DNA of 62,919 nucleotides, counting the filler, from Octopus bimaculoides (taxonomy: Eukaryota), in the NCBI RefSeq assembly GCF_001194135.2. It is 4 parts of 4 records of this genome, joined end to end, with 100 filler letters (N's around TTAATTAATTAA, not from the genome) between each part and the next. Parts side by side here need not be neighbours in the genome. Positions count along the whole stretch, not along the records: positions 30,518 to 54,245 come from NC_068986.1; 3 more parts are not named here. The stretch is one strand, 5' to 3'. A program made the position numbers and the translations under genes. Of this stretch, positions 38,993-51,420 are shown in pieces (position 1 is the first letter of the stretch; each line of letters begins with the position of its first letter). The notes below the pieces were generated by a model. It had not been told where the DNA came from and searched no databases. It saw only the letters and a program-made list of their open reading frames with translations.

Positions 38993-41900
38993 TCATCATT
39001 TAATGTTCGTTTTTCCATGCTGGCATGGGTTGGATGACTTGACAGGGGCTGGCAAGGCTGGAGAGTTGCACCAGGCTCCAATGGTCTGTTTTAGCATTTA
39101 GTATTTTTATGGCTGGATGCCCTTCTAAATGCTAATCACTCTACAGGGTGTACTTACTGGGGGCTTTCAATGTGGCACCAGCACGGTTGGGGGTTTTAAA
39201 GGAAACCATGATCTTTATCCCTCCACTGTTGTCATATGTCTGTGGGTTATGACATGTTTAACAGATTGTTGTTGTCCAGTCATTAATGGAATTGTTTAAG
39301 GCAGTAAGCTGGCAGAATGGTTAGCACACTGGGCAAAATGCTTAGAGGTATTTCATCTGTGTTCATGTTCTGAGTTCAAATGCTTCCGGGGTCAACTTTA
39401 CCTTTCTACCTTTCAGGGTTGATAAATTAAGTACCAGTCATGCACTGGGGTCGATGTAATCGACTGATCCCTTCCCCCATAATTTCAGGCCTTGTGCCTA
39501 TAGTAGAAAGGATTAACCCATTAAGTCCCAGGGTACTTAAATTGCTGAATATTAATTTTAAATTTTAACAGAAAATAGTTTAAAATGAAAAAAATAATTA
39601 TTAAAACTCCTTTACTGTCTCATCATCATCGTTTAATGTCTACTGTCCATGCTGGCATGGGTTGGACGGTTTGACTGAGGACTGGTGAGCCAGAAGGCTG
39701 CACCAGGCTCAATCTAATCTGGCAAAGTTTCTACAGCTGGATGCCCTTCCTAATGCCAACCACTCTGAGAGTGTAGTGGGTGCTTTTATGTGCCACTGGC
39801 ACGAGGGCCAGTCAGGCAGTTCTGGCAACGACCATGCTCAAAAAGTGTTTTTTACATGCTACCTGCACAGGATGAAAGGCAAAGTGAAACCTACAAAACC
39901 TACAATGGACAGGTATCTGGTGTAGGGGAATGTTGTGGTGTTGGTCACTTAGATGCTAACTGACCTTATGAGTCCTGAGACTCAAGAAAAATAAAGACAA
40001 AAGGACCTGTCCATACCATTACAGGGCAAAATCACGGGTTTTGAAATGACAAGACAATAGATGATAGAGCTGATGGGGCACAAAAAAACTGGACAAGATG
40101 CTTGTAGTTCATATTGTTAGAAGCATAGCCTTTTACATGTGGTGAAGACTTTAAACTCTCCAATGACTCAGTCTGTGTAGCTGTAAATAAGAATCACAGA
40201 ACAAAACAGGTTATTGTCATAAGCTGTGTTAGCACTTCAATAATTGGTAATTCGTTATTATTCCCTCGTTTTTATAAACAACATATTTTTATAGGAATAA
40301 AAAAAAAAGAAAAAAACATTTAAATTATAAAAGATCGAATTATCAAGAAAAAAATAAACCATAGCTACCTCAGAAGAGAAACAAAGATAAAGAAAGAAAT
40401 GCAGTGGGGTGAGGGTGGGGAATTAAGCAGCAGAAGATACAAGAGTGGTGGCAGTAATGGGTTGTTACACCCCAGATCAAATGGCATGTCTAGCTGCGCC
40501 TCGCAAACAGGATTGCAAAGGAGAATGACCGGTGACACTTGCTGCAGCAGCCACCCCAATCTTGCAGGGACTCATTTCTTGGATGGATTGTAGCTATCCT
40601 GATTTTGCTGAAGAAATTGGCAGAGCCAGAATCTGAGAACACTTGAGCTCTTGACGGTGACTGGCATGAACTGATGGAGAACTGAATTTTGCCAGTGGGA
40701 TTTGTTGTGTTTCTTAGCCCAGCATCCTATCCAGGGGGAACTTGTCTTTCATCCACTTGACACTGGAGACAAACACTAGCTGAACGGTCTGGGAAAGGGT
40801 ATCAAAAATAAGAATTTTCATTAAAAGTAATTTTGAACCTAGGCATAAGGGCTCTGATTTAAGGAGGAAAGATAAAATTAATTCAACCCATGCCAGCATG
40901 GGACAAGGACATTAAATGTTGATGATGAAATAGTTAATTAGATTTCCATGGGGAGGGGGTAGTTATTGTATCGTCCTAGGGTGGAGGGAAAGTTATATCA
41001 GTTCAAACAAGATATGAACTTACAACATGAAGGAGTGTAACTAAACAACACAATGTGTTTTGTCTGATGCTCCACTGGTTCTGGTCCCCCAGGGCCTAGG
41101 AACTTTTTTCATAACTGTGCTTATTGGGTAGAAGTAATCCTTGTGTTCGATGATTTTGATTTTAGGGTGAACGGTGGCTTCTCTGTTGCACACAGCAATT
41201 GCCATTGACCGCTTGGAATCAGAACAGAATTGAGAATCAATAACAAGGCAGAGCAGGACATTTGGTAAACACTGGTCTCAAGACAAGCATTCCAATCTTC
41301 TTCATCATCACTACCATGACAATGGTGACCACCACTACCACCATCACCATCATCATTTAGTGTCTGTTTTCCATGCTGGTATGGGTCAGCTGGCTCCAGA
41401 GGAACTAACAGGGCAGAAGACTGCACGAAACCCCAATGTCTGCTTTGGAATGGTTTCTACAGCTGGATGCCCTTCCTAACACAAACTACTTCACAGGGTG
41501 GACTGGGTACCTTTTTGTGATGCTGGTCCTTGTGAGGTTGCCAAGTTATTATCAAGACAAAGAAAAGAAAGATCCCTCAACTGAGAGGAGTTGGAGGAGA
41601 GAGTGGTGGAGGAGGCCTTATGCCAGATATTGAGAGATCAAAGTATGATAGAGGGACAATAAAGGGGATACATGGTTACCCCACATTATATAAGGGTGGA
41701 TGGAAGTAACTAGAAAGAGGGCAAACATGATGGTGGCGAGGTGTCAGAATGTACTCTAAAGAAAAAAGGTGAATTTAAGGGAGAATGTAGGCAGGGTTGG
41801 GAAGAGTGGGCAGGAAGGTTCATAAGATCTGCTACATCTTGCCAAAAACTCTTTGAACTGAGAATGAAATGCCAGCAGCAGATTTGAGCTTATCCATCCT

Positions 41901-42404
41901 GGCTAGTTAATCCAGTTGGTTACTTTGTTTTTCATGAATATCAAATGAAAGATTTTTTTTTTTTTTTTTTTTTTTTTTCTTCATATATTCGAAGTCATGT
42001 TTTTCTCTTCTTGGATAACCTTTCCAAATTCTAACCAAATTTTCATTGTTTTTGTCTTTGGTCAGTGAGTGTTACTTCTTATTTGCTTCTATTTAGAAAT
42101 GAAAGGAAATGACCACTGTCCCCTTCAAACCCTGCTCCTGTGACCTGGACGTCAATGTCTTGAAACTGATCTATTTTCCATTTCAGACAGATTCAGTGCT
42201 GAGTTGCCCTTAGTGGCATTTCTGATCATGAGAAGGAGTAGTGACGGGGCATCATAATCATGTGTCAAGAGGGATTCTTTGGGGTCTGAATAAATATTAT
42301 AACAAAAGCAAAGTTTGAAAGGAATATTAGCCATTTTTCATACTTTCTAGGGGTCAGCAAATAGGAAATAAGAGTTGTTAACCAATCATGTTACACAGTG
42401 TTAC

Positions 42405-42835
42405 CAGCATGGGTGTGTGGTGGTAAGATATTTGCTTCTCAGTCAAGTAGTTCTGGGTTCAGTCCCACTCCACAGCACTTTAGGCAAGTGTTTGCTTCTA
42501 TAGCCTCAGGCTGACCAAAACCTTGTCAGTGGACTTGGTAGACGGAAACTGAAAGAAGCTACTCTCTCTCTCTCTCTCTCTTTCTACATATGTATCCACG
42601 TGCGTGTGTGAGTCTTTGTGTCTGTGTGTCCCCCACCACCACTTGACAACTGGTACTGATGTGTTTACATCCCCATAACTTAGCGGTCCATCAAGAGAGA
42701 CCAATACAATCAGTACTAGGTGAATAAAAATCAAACAGAATCTGTGACTGATTCAGTTGACTAAAAAGACGCTCGTGGTGGTGCTCCAGCATGGCTGTAG
42801 TCCAATGACTGAAACAAGTAAAAAATAAAAGATAT
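42405..42835 (+). mobile_element. SINE family A, CpG-decayed
   Basis: Head, (CT)n/(GT)n, tail. Confidence 0.78.
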
Positions 42836-43300
42836 AAAAACAGCAAAACGGTTTTTTTAAGTAATACAAAAATAGACTTTATTTTAGTAATTTTTTTTTT
42901 CTCCCGAATATTTAAAGTTTCCATTTATTGTGAAACCTCGATCCATTAAAAAACTTTCCCCCAAAATAATCTCAAAATAAAAAAAGATAAACAATTTACT
43001 TAATTTTTTCAATAATTTTGCAACAACCAACACTCTGAGGAAAGACTTCAGGAATTTATCCACGGGAACCTGGACGAATATTATAATTGGAATTCTCCCT
43101 AGGAATACATCCAAAAATTCAAAAATCTATATTTTCTCTCCTCTATCTGTCTCTTTCCTTCTCACACACTCCCTCTTTCTCTCTCTCTCTCTCTCTCTGT
43201 AAATAGTTTATGGACCCTTTGGACTTCTTCCTTAAACCCAAATATCAACGGTTCCTGATTTAGGCACAAGGCCAACCCAGATATGTAAGAAACAAAACTA

Positions 43301-44196
43301 CGAGGTCTGATCAATAAGTATACAGACTGTTGCCATAGTAATGAAGTTAAAGCACGCAGAGTAAAGCTGCTTGGCACAGATTGACCTTGAACTCTGCTGT
43401 GCATGTGCACTAAGTTTTAACGTTCTAGCTCACTTCCGCTGTTTACAGCAGTGCTTGGAAGGAAAGTGTGTAGCATGTGATCGTCACATTGACCATGACA
43501 GAGAAAGTTGTCATGGCGATACCTGCTCAGAGGTTTGCGCAAAGTTACAGAAAGTGTATGAAGAGGGGTGTATGAGCCACACACAAGTGAACGAGTGGTT
43601 CAGATGTTTCCAAGATAGGCGAAGAAATGTTGATATTAATGAATGTTCTTGGAGACCCACAACCAGCAGAACTGAAAAAAACATCGCAGATGTGCATGCA
43701 ACTGTGAGGGGAAATCATCGAATGACAATCTGTGAGTTATCAGAGGATGTGCAGACTAGTTACCGTTCAGTTCAGTCCATTATCACTGAAGATTTGGGTA
43801 TGAGACGCATGTCTGCCAAATTTGTGCCAGAACTGCTTTCAGCTGACCAAAAAGAAATTCAGGTTTCAGTTGCACAAAATCTCCTTGATTGTGTTGAGAA
43901 CAATGAAAACTTTTCAAAATCTTTGCATAGGCCTCTGAGCAGGTATTGTCCAAGCTTTTGGCAAAATTTGATGCAGATTCTCTGCTCAACTTTCTCTGTT
44001 ATGGTCAATGCGACGATCATGGGCTACACACCTTCCTTCCAAGCACTGCTGTAAACAACAGAAGTGAACCAGAATGTTAAAACTCGGTGCACATGTAGAA
44101 CAGAGTTGAAGATCAATCTGTGCCAAGTGACTTTATTCTGCATGCTTTAGCTTCGTTACTATAGCAACAGTCTGGATACTTATTGATCAGACCACG
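43301..44196 (+). mobile_element. Mariner deletion derivative with ~250-280-bp inverted ends
   Basis: TA flanks (43299-300, 44197-98). Termini cgaggtctgatcaataagta / tacttattgatcagaccacg. Internal HTH peptide EWFRCFQD..RPTTSRT..LGMRRMSAKFVPELL; catalytic domain absent. Confidence 0.9.
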
Positions 44197-45055
44197 TATT
44201 TCCACAAATGCACAAAACTAAAGCCCCATTTAAGGAACGCAACATAAAAAGGCATCATTATCAACATTCTTTTTGCAACAGGTTGTGTCATGTGTCATGC
44301 TTTTAAAATTGGTTTCCCAGGTTTACACTGCCAGATGGTTTACTTGAAGGAGTAACTGGTGGTTGTTTTAACAGCTGGAGGTCCCTTCTTACATCTAACT
44401 AATCAAACTGGCAAGTGAAATAAGATCCTGTTTTATTTTCTGTTTCAATCAGACAAACTGTAGAAAGTGCCATTCTTCAGAAACATTAGAAGGAACCTTA
44501 TAAAATGAAAGTGATCTCAACTATTTTCATCTTAATTCCTCAAATCCATTGCAACATAAAACATATATTCAGAAAATTCTATTAATCTTAATTCCATGGA
44601 TTTGGTGAATGGTAATCATAACAATCTACAGATGTAAATATGCCACTGACAGACATGAACTCTGATTCCATCCACCCGTTTGAAAAGCACTTCTTGGACC
44701 AGGGTGGGGAGCAACTTGCCCCAAACAGTTCATGTCAAAGAGTTTAGATTTTAATACAAACTGAAAACTTCATTACTAGAAGAATAATGAGATGAAATCT
44801 CAGTAAGATTTCCATGAAAATGTCATGTAGGAATCTTTTATTTAGTTGTATTTGCATGGGAAAACCATCAATGAAAAAAATTAGTTAAGTTGATAAACCC
44901 ATTCAAGTATTATTTTAAAAATGAATTGAAACAGACAGAGAGGTGTGTTGTTTGGTGAAAATGGTCAGAGTTTAAACTGTTGTTCCCAATTTGGAACCAA
45001 GATTAACAATGAATTTTATGCAATGCCACTGTATTCGATAATGGTAAACAAGACA

Positions 45056-45305
45056 TTAAGGCTCAATGGAATTGGTAATACTGCTGTTAGAATCTAGTTT
45101 TAAAACGTTATTTAAAACCATGTTTATGAAAATAATAAAACATCCTTTTGCTGATGGCGCCAGCATGCTCCAGAGCTGTTTATTATTTTCTTGCAGCTCC
45201 AAGACATCATTAACAGAAAGGCACTGAATATGTGTTGATTCATCTGCTTCACTCTGGTTTCCCTGAAGATACAACTGTAATACTTCGGATGAGGGTAAAC
45301 TGCAT
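45056..45305 (-). CDS. NUDT22: NUDT22 coding exon 3 (last)
   Basis: Acceptor ttttttgtttag, phase 2 matches exon 2. CSLPSSEVLQLYLQG..EADEST...LWSMLAPSAKGC, TAA at 45058-45056. AATAAA on the minus strand at 44842-44837. Confidence 0.9.
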
Positions 45306-45802
45306 CTAAACAAAAAAGACAGAGTTCTTTATAAATATACTAGTATACCCATGTCGTCAAAAATGATGGCATTTTACAATAAAGAAACTGAATCTGGTAT
45401 TCAATAAATATATCAACATAGCATGCATTCCATATATTTGATTTAGACTTATCATAGAATTATGTGCTGAGGCAGCAAGTGAAGAGATATGCCAGCAGAC
45501 AGGTAAAAATACCTTGCACAGGTAAAAATACAAAAGCTTGCCTGGTACTGTCATGTGTTTCCTGCCACAATCCTTGTCTAAAACCATTCTTCAGGGCCCA
45601 GTTGAAGAAGGGCAAAAAGCAGAGAAAATCCTGGGCTGACAACATCAAGGACTGGACAGGTCACACAATACAGTGAACCTGTTATGCATGAGAGAGAACA
45701 GAGACCAGTGGCAATGGCTGACTACAAAAGTGTCTAGAGTGGCACCCCAACGACTGGCTGCATCAGTTAATGGGATCTTGACAATGATAGAAATGTGTGC
45801 AT

Positions 45803-46226
45803 AGGCGTAGGAGTGGCTGTGTGGTAAGTAGCTTGCTTACCAACCACATGGTCCCGGGTTCAGTCCCACTGCGTGGCATCTTGGGCAAATGTCTTCTACT
45901 ATAGCCTCGGGCCGACCAAAGCCTTGTGAGTGGATTTGGTAGACGGAAACTGAAAGAAGCCCGTTGTATATATGTATATATATATGTATGTATGTGTGTG
46001 TGTGTTTGTGTGTCTGTGTTTGTCCCCCCAACATCGCTTGACAACCGATGCTGGTGTGTTTATGTCCCCGTAACTCAGCGGTTCGGCAATAGAGACCAAT
46101 AGAATAAGTACTAGGCTTCTAAAAGAATAAGTCCTGGGGTCGATTTGCTCGACTAAAGGCAGTGCTCCAGCATGGCCACAGTCAAAAGACTGAAACAAGT
46201 AAAAGAGTAAAAGAAAGTAAAGAGTA
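45803..46226 (+). mobile_element. SINE family A, young intronic copy
   Basis: Full length and close to 28660-29282. The few differences are mostly CpG transitions. Confidence 0.9.
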
Positions 46227-46240
46227 TACATGTATGTCCA

Positions 46241-46276
<36 letters not shown>

Positions 46277-46775
46277 CATATATCATCATCAACACCATCA
46301 CACCACCACCACAACCACCATCACACCACCACCACAACCACCATCACCTTTTAGTGCCCATCTTCTGTGCTGGCAGAGTTTTGATGGATTCAGTAATTGC
46401 ATCATTCTCCATTGTCAGCCTTACTGTAGCTGGATGACTTTCCTAATGCCAACCCCCTTACAGAGTGTATGGAGTAGGATTTTTTGTGGTGTCTGTGTGT
46501 GTGTGGGGGGTAGCAACCCTAAGCCTACACCATCTGCAATCGCCTAAAACATGAGCAAAATGAGAATTTGGCATTTCAAGAACATCCAGTCAGAAAAAAG
46601 TGACACGAGTTCATAATGGAAACCATAAATTTCTGATTTGTTTTCGATAAAGAGGATCTGAGAAAAGAATTTTGTTTGACTTTTAGACAAATACGTAGAG
46701 GTCAACACTTTTGCTTGAAAGACAAAACAAAAAAGAGAGAACTTTCAAAGTGTTGAAGCCATTAAAACCCATAAA

Positions 46776-47097
46776 CCCTTTCGTTACTGCATTTATTTTA
46801 AGATATTCTGTGTTTCTTTTAATTACTTTAAATATAACAAAGAATTTAGTAAAATAACTTGGTTATCATTAAGCTAGTAGTGTCAGGAGCAGAAATTGTG
46901 ACTAACGTTTGGTGGAAGATTTTACAGTTCTATATTTAAGAGATGAGGAAATATGTACATTATTTACATTTGAGGGATTTTTGTCCTCATCTTGTTTGTT
47001 GTTAACACATTTTGGCTGATATACCCTCCAGCCTTCATCAGGTGTCTTGGGGAAATTTCGAACCTGGGTTCTCATTCCTAAGGTATTTTTTTTTCGA

Positions 47098-47142
<45 letters not shown>

Positions 47143-47205
47143 AGTCACTGCCTGGAATCGAACTCAGAGCCAGAACCGGTTTCAGCCGGGTTGGTAACGA
47201 AAGGG
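46776..47205. mobile_element. piggyBac-like MITE interrupted by the tRNA-hammerhead element
   Basis: Perfect 12-bp TIRs ccctttcgttac / gtaacgaaaggg with TTAA-like flanks (taaa, ctaa). Confidence 0.6.
46923..47165 (-). mobile_element. Second, 5'-truncated copy of the tRNA-hammerhead element
   Basis: B box gagttcgattcc, (AAT)n, body, GACAC-CTGATGA-AGGCT..AGCC-AAAA-TGTGTT, tail ending catctcttaaatatagaactgta. Confidence 0.8.
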
Positions 47206-47459
47206 CTAATGCTTAAAATAAAAAATTTTTGAATTTTTTTGTTACATTCACATACGAGTCTATCACAACGTATAAATGTTCAAAGTATGGCTTTGATGCC
47301 AAATATTGCTGGAATAATTATTATTCTTTATCTTCAGAAAGGTTTTAGAGGCCTAAATTTATGAAATTATTTTATATGAATATTTTCGTCTGAAACCAAA
47401 AAGTTTTATGATAAATCAGACGCTGGGCATTAATGAGTCAAGACAAAATAACAGAACAG

Positions 47460-47765
47460 CTGACACTCTGTCGGTTACGATGATGAGTGTTCTAGTCGAT
47501 CTGAATGGCCTGCTTGTGAAATTAACATGCAAGTGGCTGAGTACTCCACAGACATGTGCACCCTTAATTTAGTTCTCAGGGAGATTCAGAGTGACACAAA
47601 ATGCTAACCCTTTGAAATAGAGGTCTAATTCATTTTTGCCAGCTGAGCAGATTGGAGCAATGTGAAATAAGTTGTCTTGCTCAAGGACACAACACCACCA
47701 CCTGAAATCAAACCCATGACCTCATGATAATGAGCCAAACACCCTAACCACTGAGTCATGTGCCT
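47460..47765 (-). mobile_element. Older SINE family C relative, CpG-decayed
   Basis: Aligns to family C with ctcgtg>cttgtg, aacgtg>aacatg, acacgt>acatgt, ctcggg>ctcagg. Confidence 0.7.
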
Positions 47766-48483
47766 CTGACACAGTATTATCTATTGAGCAACATGCCATA
47801 AGCACTTTGGCATTTGGAGGTTGGTGTTTCACTAATCAGAACAGACTGGATGCATTGGCACCAGAGAGAAATACCATGTTCTAGACATGACTAACATTGT
47901 CCTCCCCCTCATTCACCAACCACTCAACAGAGTGACCTGGGACATTTTATCATGGCACCAGCACTAATGGATTGTCTTGTATTCTGTAAGACTAAAGAGT
48001 CTTCAGAATTTCATGCTATTTCACCCTTCAATGAGCATTGAGTGTTACTAACAGAAGGAGTAGTATTTTTGCATTGTAGGTGGCCTTCTCTTAATGGCAT
48101 CTGGTCAACAAATAATCCTGGAGACTTTTATGAAAAATACCAAGAGTTTGACATGGAATTTTTATGAGAACACCATCTTATTAGTTGTAGCCAGTTGTGT
48201 GTGTGTGTGTATGTGTGTGTGTGTGTGTGTGTGTTATACAAGCAGTGCCATTCATTTTCAATATTCTGCATAAACATCTCTAGCTATGAATAAATATTAC
48301 CTGGCTTGGAAACAGATAAGGGTTGGCAACAGGAAGGACATCCAGCTGTAGAAAATCTGCTTCAATAAACTCCAGTCAACCCATTGAAAGCATGGGAAAG
48401 TATATTTGATAGTGCTGATGGTGAGGATGATGATGATGATGGTGTGTACTGTGAATTAAAATATGCAGATAGGTTTCTCTTAC

Positions 48484-48689
48484 TTTACAAAGAACTCCAA
48501 ACTTGGTCTGCCAGCACTTGTCAAATTGCTTGCGATGCCCATCAGTTCTGGTTCCAAAAGCATATCTTGTGGAATGTTCACTTCATCTCTTATCTCTCGC
48601 AGCACAGAGTTATACAATTCTTTGACAACAGCAGCAGGAGACAAAGATTCTACATCAATTTCTTCCATCATCACAGACCCAACCAATTC
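48484..48689 (-). CDS. NUDT22: NUDT22 coding exon 2
   Basis: Acceptor tttttttttctag, donor gtaaga, 206 nt. ..VVKELYNSVLREIRDEVNIP...LMGIASNLTSAGRPSLEFFVK, the NUDT22 Nudix-box variant. Confidence 0.92.
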
Positions 48690-50325
48690 CTAGAAAAAAA
48701 AAAGCAATCCAATACAATAGTACACACACACGCACACACACTAAACAACAGTAAACAAACATGTAGTAAGGATTGTTTGCCAACATAACACGGCAGTCCT
48801 GGTTTAGGACGAATGTTGCTGTAATTTAGCCCCAGGAGACATCGTCTCCACCTGGTTATACGACACGATCTGTGTCCTTATATTTTCGAACAAGGGAATC
48901 TAGCACCCCCTCTCAGCTCAAAACAATATTTGTGTATTGTGATTTCCAGGTTATTTCCCTTCATTGAGCTGAGTGGGGGTGCTAGATTCCCTTGTTCAAA
49001 AATACAAGGATACAGATCGTGTCATATAGCCAGCTGGAGACAATGTCTCCTGGGGCTAAATTACAGCAACATTTGTCCTAAACCAGGACTGCCATGTTAT
49101 GTTGGCAAACAATCTTTACTACAAAGTACTGTTACTGAATATCTCATGTTGTGAGATTTAAAAATAGCAATTTTCTAAGTAAACAAACAAACACACACTA
49201 AAACAATAGGAGACCCACCTTCACCATCACACCCACATACATCAAAGAATTTCTTGACAGATTCTAATGTTTTGGGTTTCTTTCCAGAATGTTTTCATTG
49301 GTTCAATATCCAATCACTTTGGAATGTAATATCCTTGAATCACTCCACTGATCCCCAGAATCAGGCAAGTGGATCTAGGAGCTCATCATCATCACCATCA
49401 CCATCATCATGTAATGTTCATTTTCCATGCTGGCAAGGGTTGGACACTTTGACAGGAACCATCAAATCAGGGAGCTGCACTGACTCCATTTGTCTGTTTT
49501 GACATGGTTTCTATAGCTGGATGCCCTTCCTAATGCCAACCACTTTACAGCAGGTACTGGGTACTTTTTATGTGGCACCAGCACCAGTGTTTCTTACATG
49601 GAGCCAGCATGGGAGCGTTCTTCTTTATAAGGCCTAATTTGTTTAGAAAGGGAAGGTTTTGAGTTCAAGCCCTTTGACAAAATGGAAATATTCACGTGTA
49701 TGAGACACCTGATGATGAGCAGAGATTAAAGAGATCTAAACATTATTAAGTATAATTACTGTGAAGATGAGAATAGCAGCCAAGAAAATTAGTTTCTTTT
49801 TTTTTTTTTTCAATTATTCGGTCTGAAGGAAGGGGCAATGGTCATGGCTTTGGGATCTTTTCAAGGTCAATGAGACTGATGCTATTAATGTTCCTGTTGA
49901 ACCTTTAGAAATTAAAACCTGCAGGAAATGGGTAGAGATTCAAATTCTTGGAGGATGCTATTGTTAATGGCTGTCTCTAATTGCACTGATGATTATTAGA
50001 TTCAGAATGATGCTTGAAAATACTTTGAGCAATTTTGGTCAATGCTCCTCCAAATCTGTAAATCCATTGCCTCAATTCAATGATAATGATGATGATGATA
50101 ATAATAATAATAATAATAATAATGGTTTCTAAATTTTTGGGGGAAGGGACCAAGTCAATTACATCAACCCCAGTATTTGACTGGTACTGTTTTATTGACA
50201 ACAAAAGAATCAAAGGTAAAGTAGTTGACATTAGTGGGATTTAAATTCAGAAAGTAAAGAGTTGCAAGAAATACCACCAGGTACTTCCTCCAACATGCTT
50301 GTGAAGTCTCCCAACTCACTGCCTT

Positions 50326-50360
<35 letters not shown>

Positions 50361-50619
50361 CAACAATAATAATAATAATGATAATACTTTCTATTATAGG
50401 CACAAGGCCTGAAATTTTGGAGGAGGGGACAAATCGATTACATCAACGTCTAGTACTTGACTGGTACTTATTTTATCAGCCCCACAAGGATAAAAGGCAA
50501 AGTTGACCTCAGTTGGAATTTGAACTCAGAACATAAAGATGGGAGAAATACCGTTAAGGATTTTGCCAAGCATAGTAACAATTCTGCCAGATTGCTGCCT
50601 TAAATAATAGTAAAAGATT

Positions 50620-51050
50620 TGCTTGTCAATTGTTTGGCCTTAATCAGTTGAGCATGTCCCTTAGTAGCTGACGATGTGTGCATCTCTGATCACAAGCAGA
50701 AGTTGTGGAGAAGCATCATAGCCATGTGTTGAGAGGAATTCTTTGGGGTTTGAATAATTCATCTCTGGAAACATGGGTGTTTCATTCAACAGCCTTAAAC
50801 AACCCTTATTCAGAGACCTTTTGAATGGGATGGGCTACTCGACCTGGAGAAAATTCTAACTGGGCCCCACCTGCAAGGTCATGCACTGTTTATCTTGATA
50901 TAAGATCACCATGTCGCGCACATATGGTTGTGATGCATGTGCCTGGTGTACTCTTATCAGACGGGTAGTCATGATGGGTACAGTGGGCTTCATATATTCT
51001 ACCCCAGTATCACTTTGATGGTATGTACCGTTCTTTCACTCAATAATAAT
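50620..51050 (+). mobile_element. Interspersed repeat family E, long copy
   Basis: Homologous to 26583-26870 and 27105-27608. Ends ttcactc(aat)n. Confidence 0.75.
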
Positions 51051-51124
51051 AATAATAATAATGATAATAATAATAATAACAACAACAACAACAATAATAA
51101 TAGTAATACTAATAATAACAACAA

Positions 51125-51420
51125 TAATAATATTGTTATTGTAGGTGCCCTACGTATGATAAAAAAAGAAACATTAAGACAACATCCCAGGGGAACTATG
51201 TCTCAAGGAAATCCAAAAGATTGCGCTGACAAGTACTGTCCACATCCTTAGAAAAACCCTATCAATTTAAATGTCTGTGTTGTATTATATGGAGCTCTTT
51301 CTCTAATGCCTTCGTCAAGCTTTCAGTTATATTTCAACAGCTCTTGACCGTCACTTGCCCTCGGACGCTGGATGTGACCCGGCAAGTGATTGCATCAAAC
51401 ATGCAGATTAAAAGTAAACA
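51125..51420 (+). mobile_element. RLE-type LINE 3' end
   Basis: IVIVGALRMIKK...PGELCLKEIQKIALTSTVHILRKTLSI* plus the UTR shared with 6125-6330. Confidence 0.75.

Noticed and set aside
40017-40069. Extra in-phase exon for the micro-exon chain
   Set aside because: It would need a 42-nt intron, which is implausibly short. This also shows how easily such chains can be over-fitted.
40480-40760. Possible RTE 5' UTR with an HDV-like ribozyme
   Set aside because: I could not assemble P1-P4 pairings by eye. It needs an Infernal search.
44652-44736. SECIS interpretation of the 3' hairpin
   Set aside because: Helix II and the GA quartet do not fit, and NUDT22 has no in-frame TGA.
49709-49750. acac-CTGATGA-tgagc...taaac
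   Set aside because: Stem II and GAAA cannot be formed without several assumed mutations.
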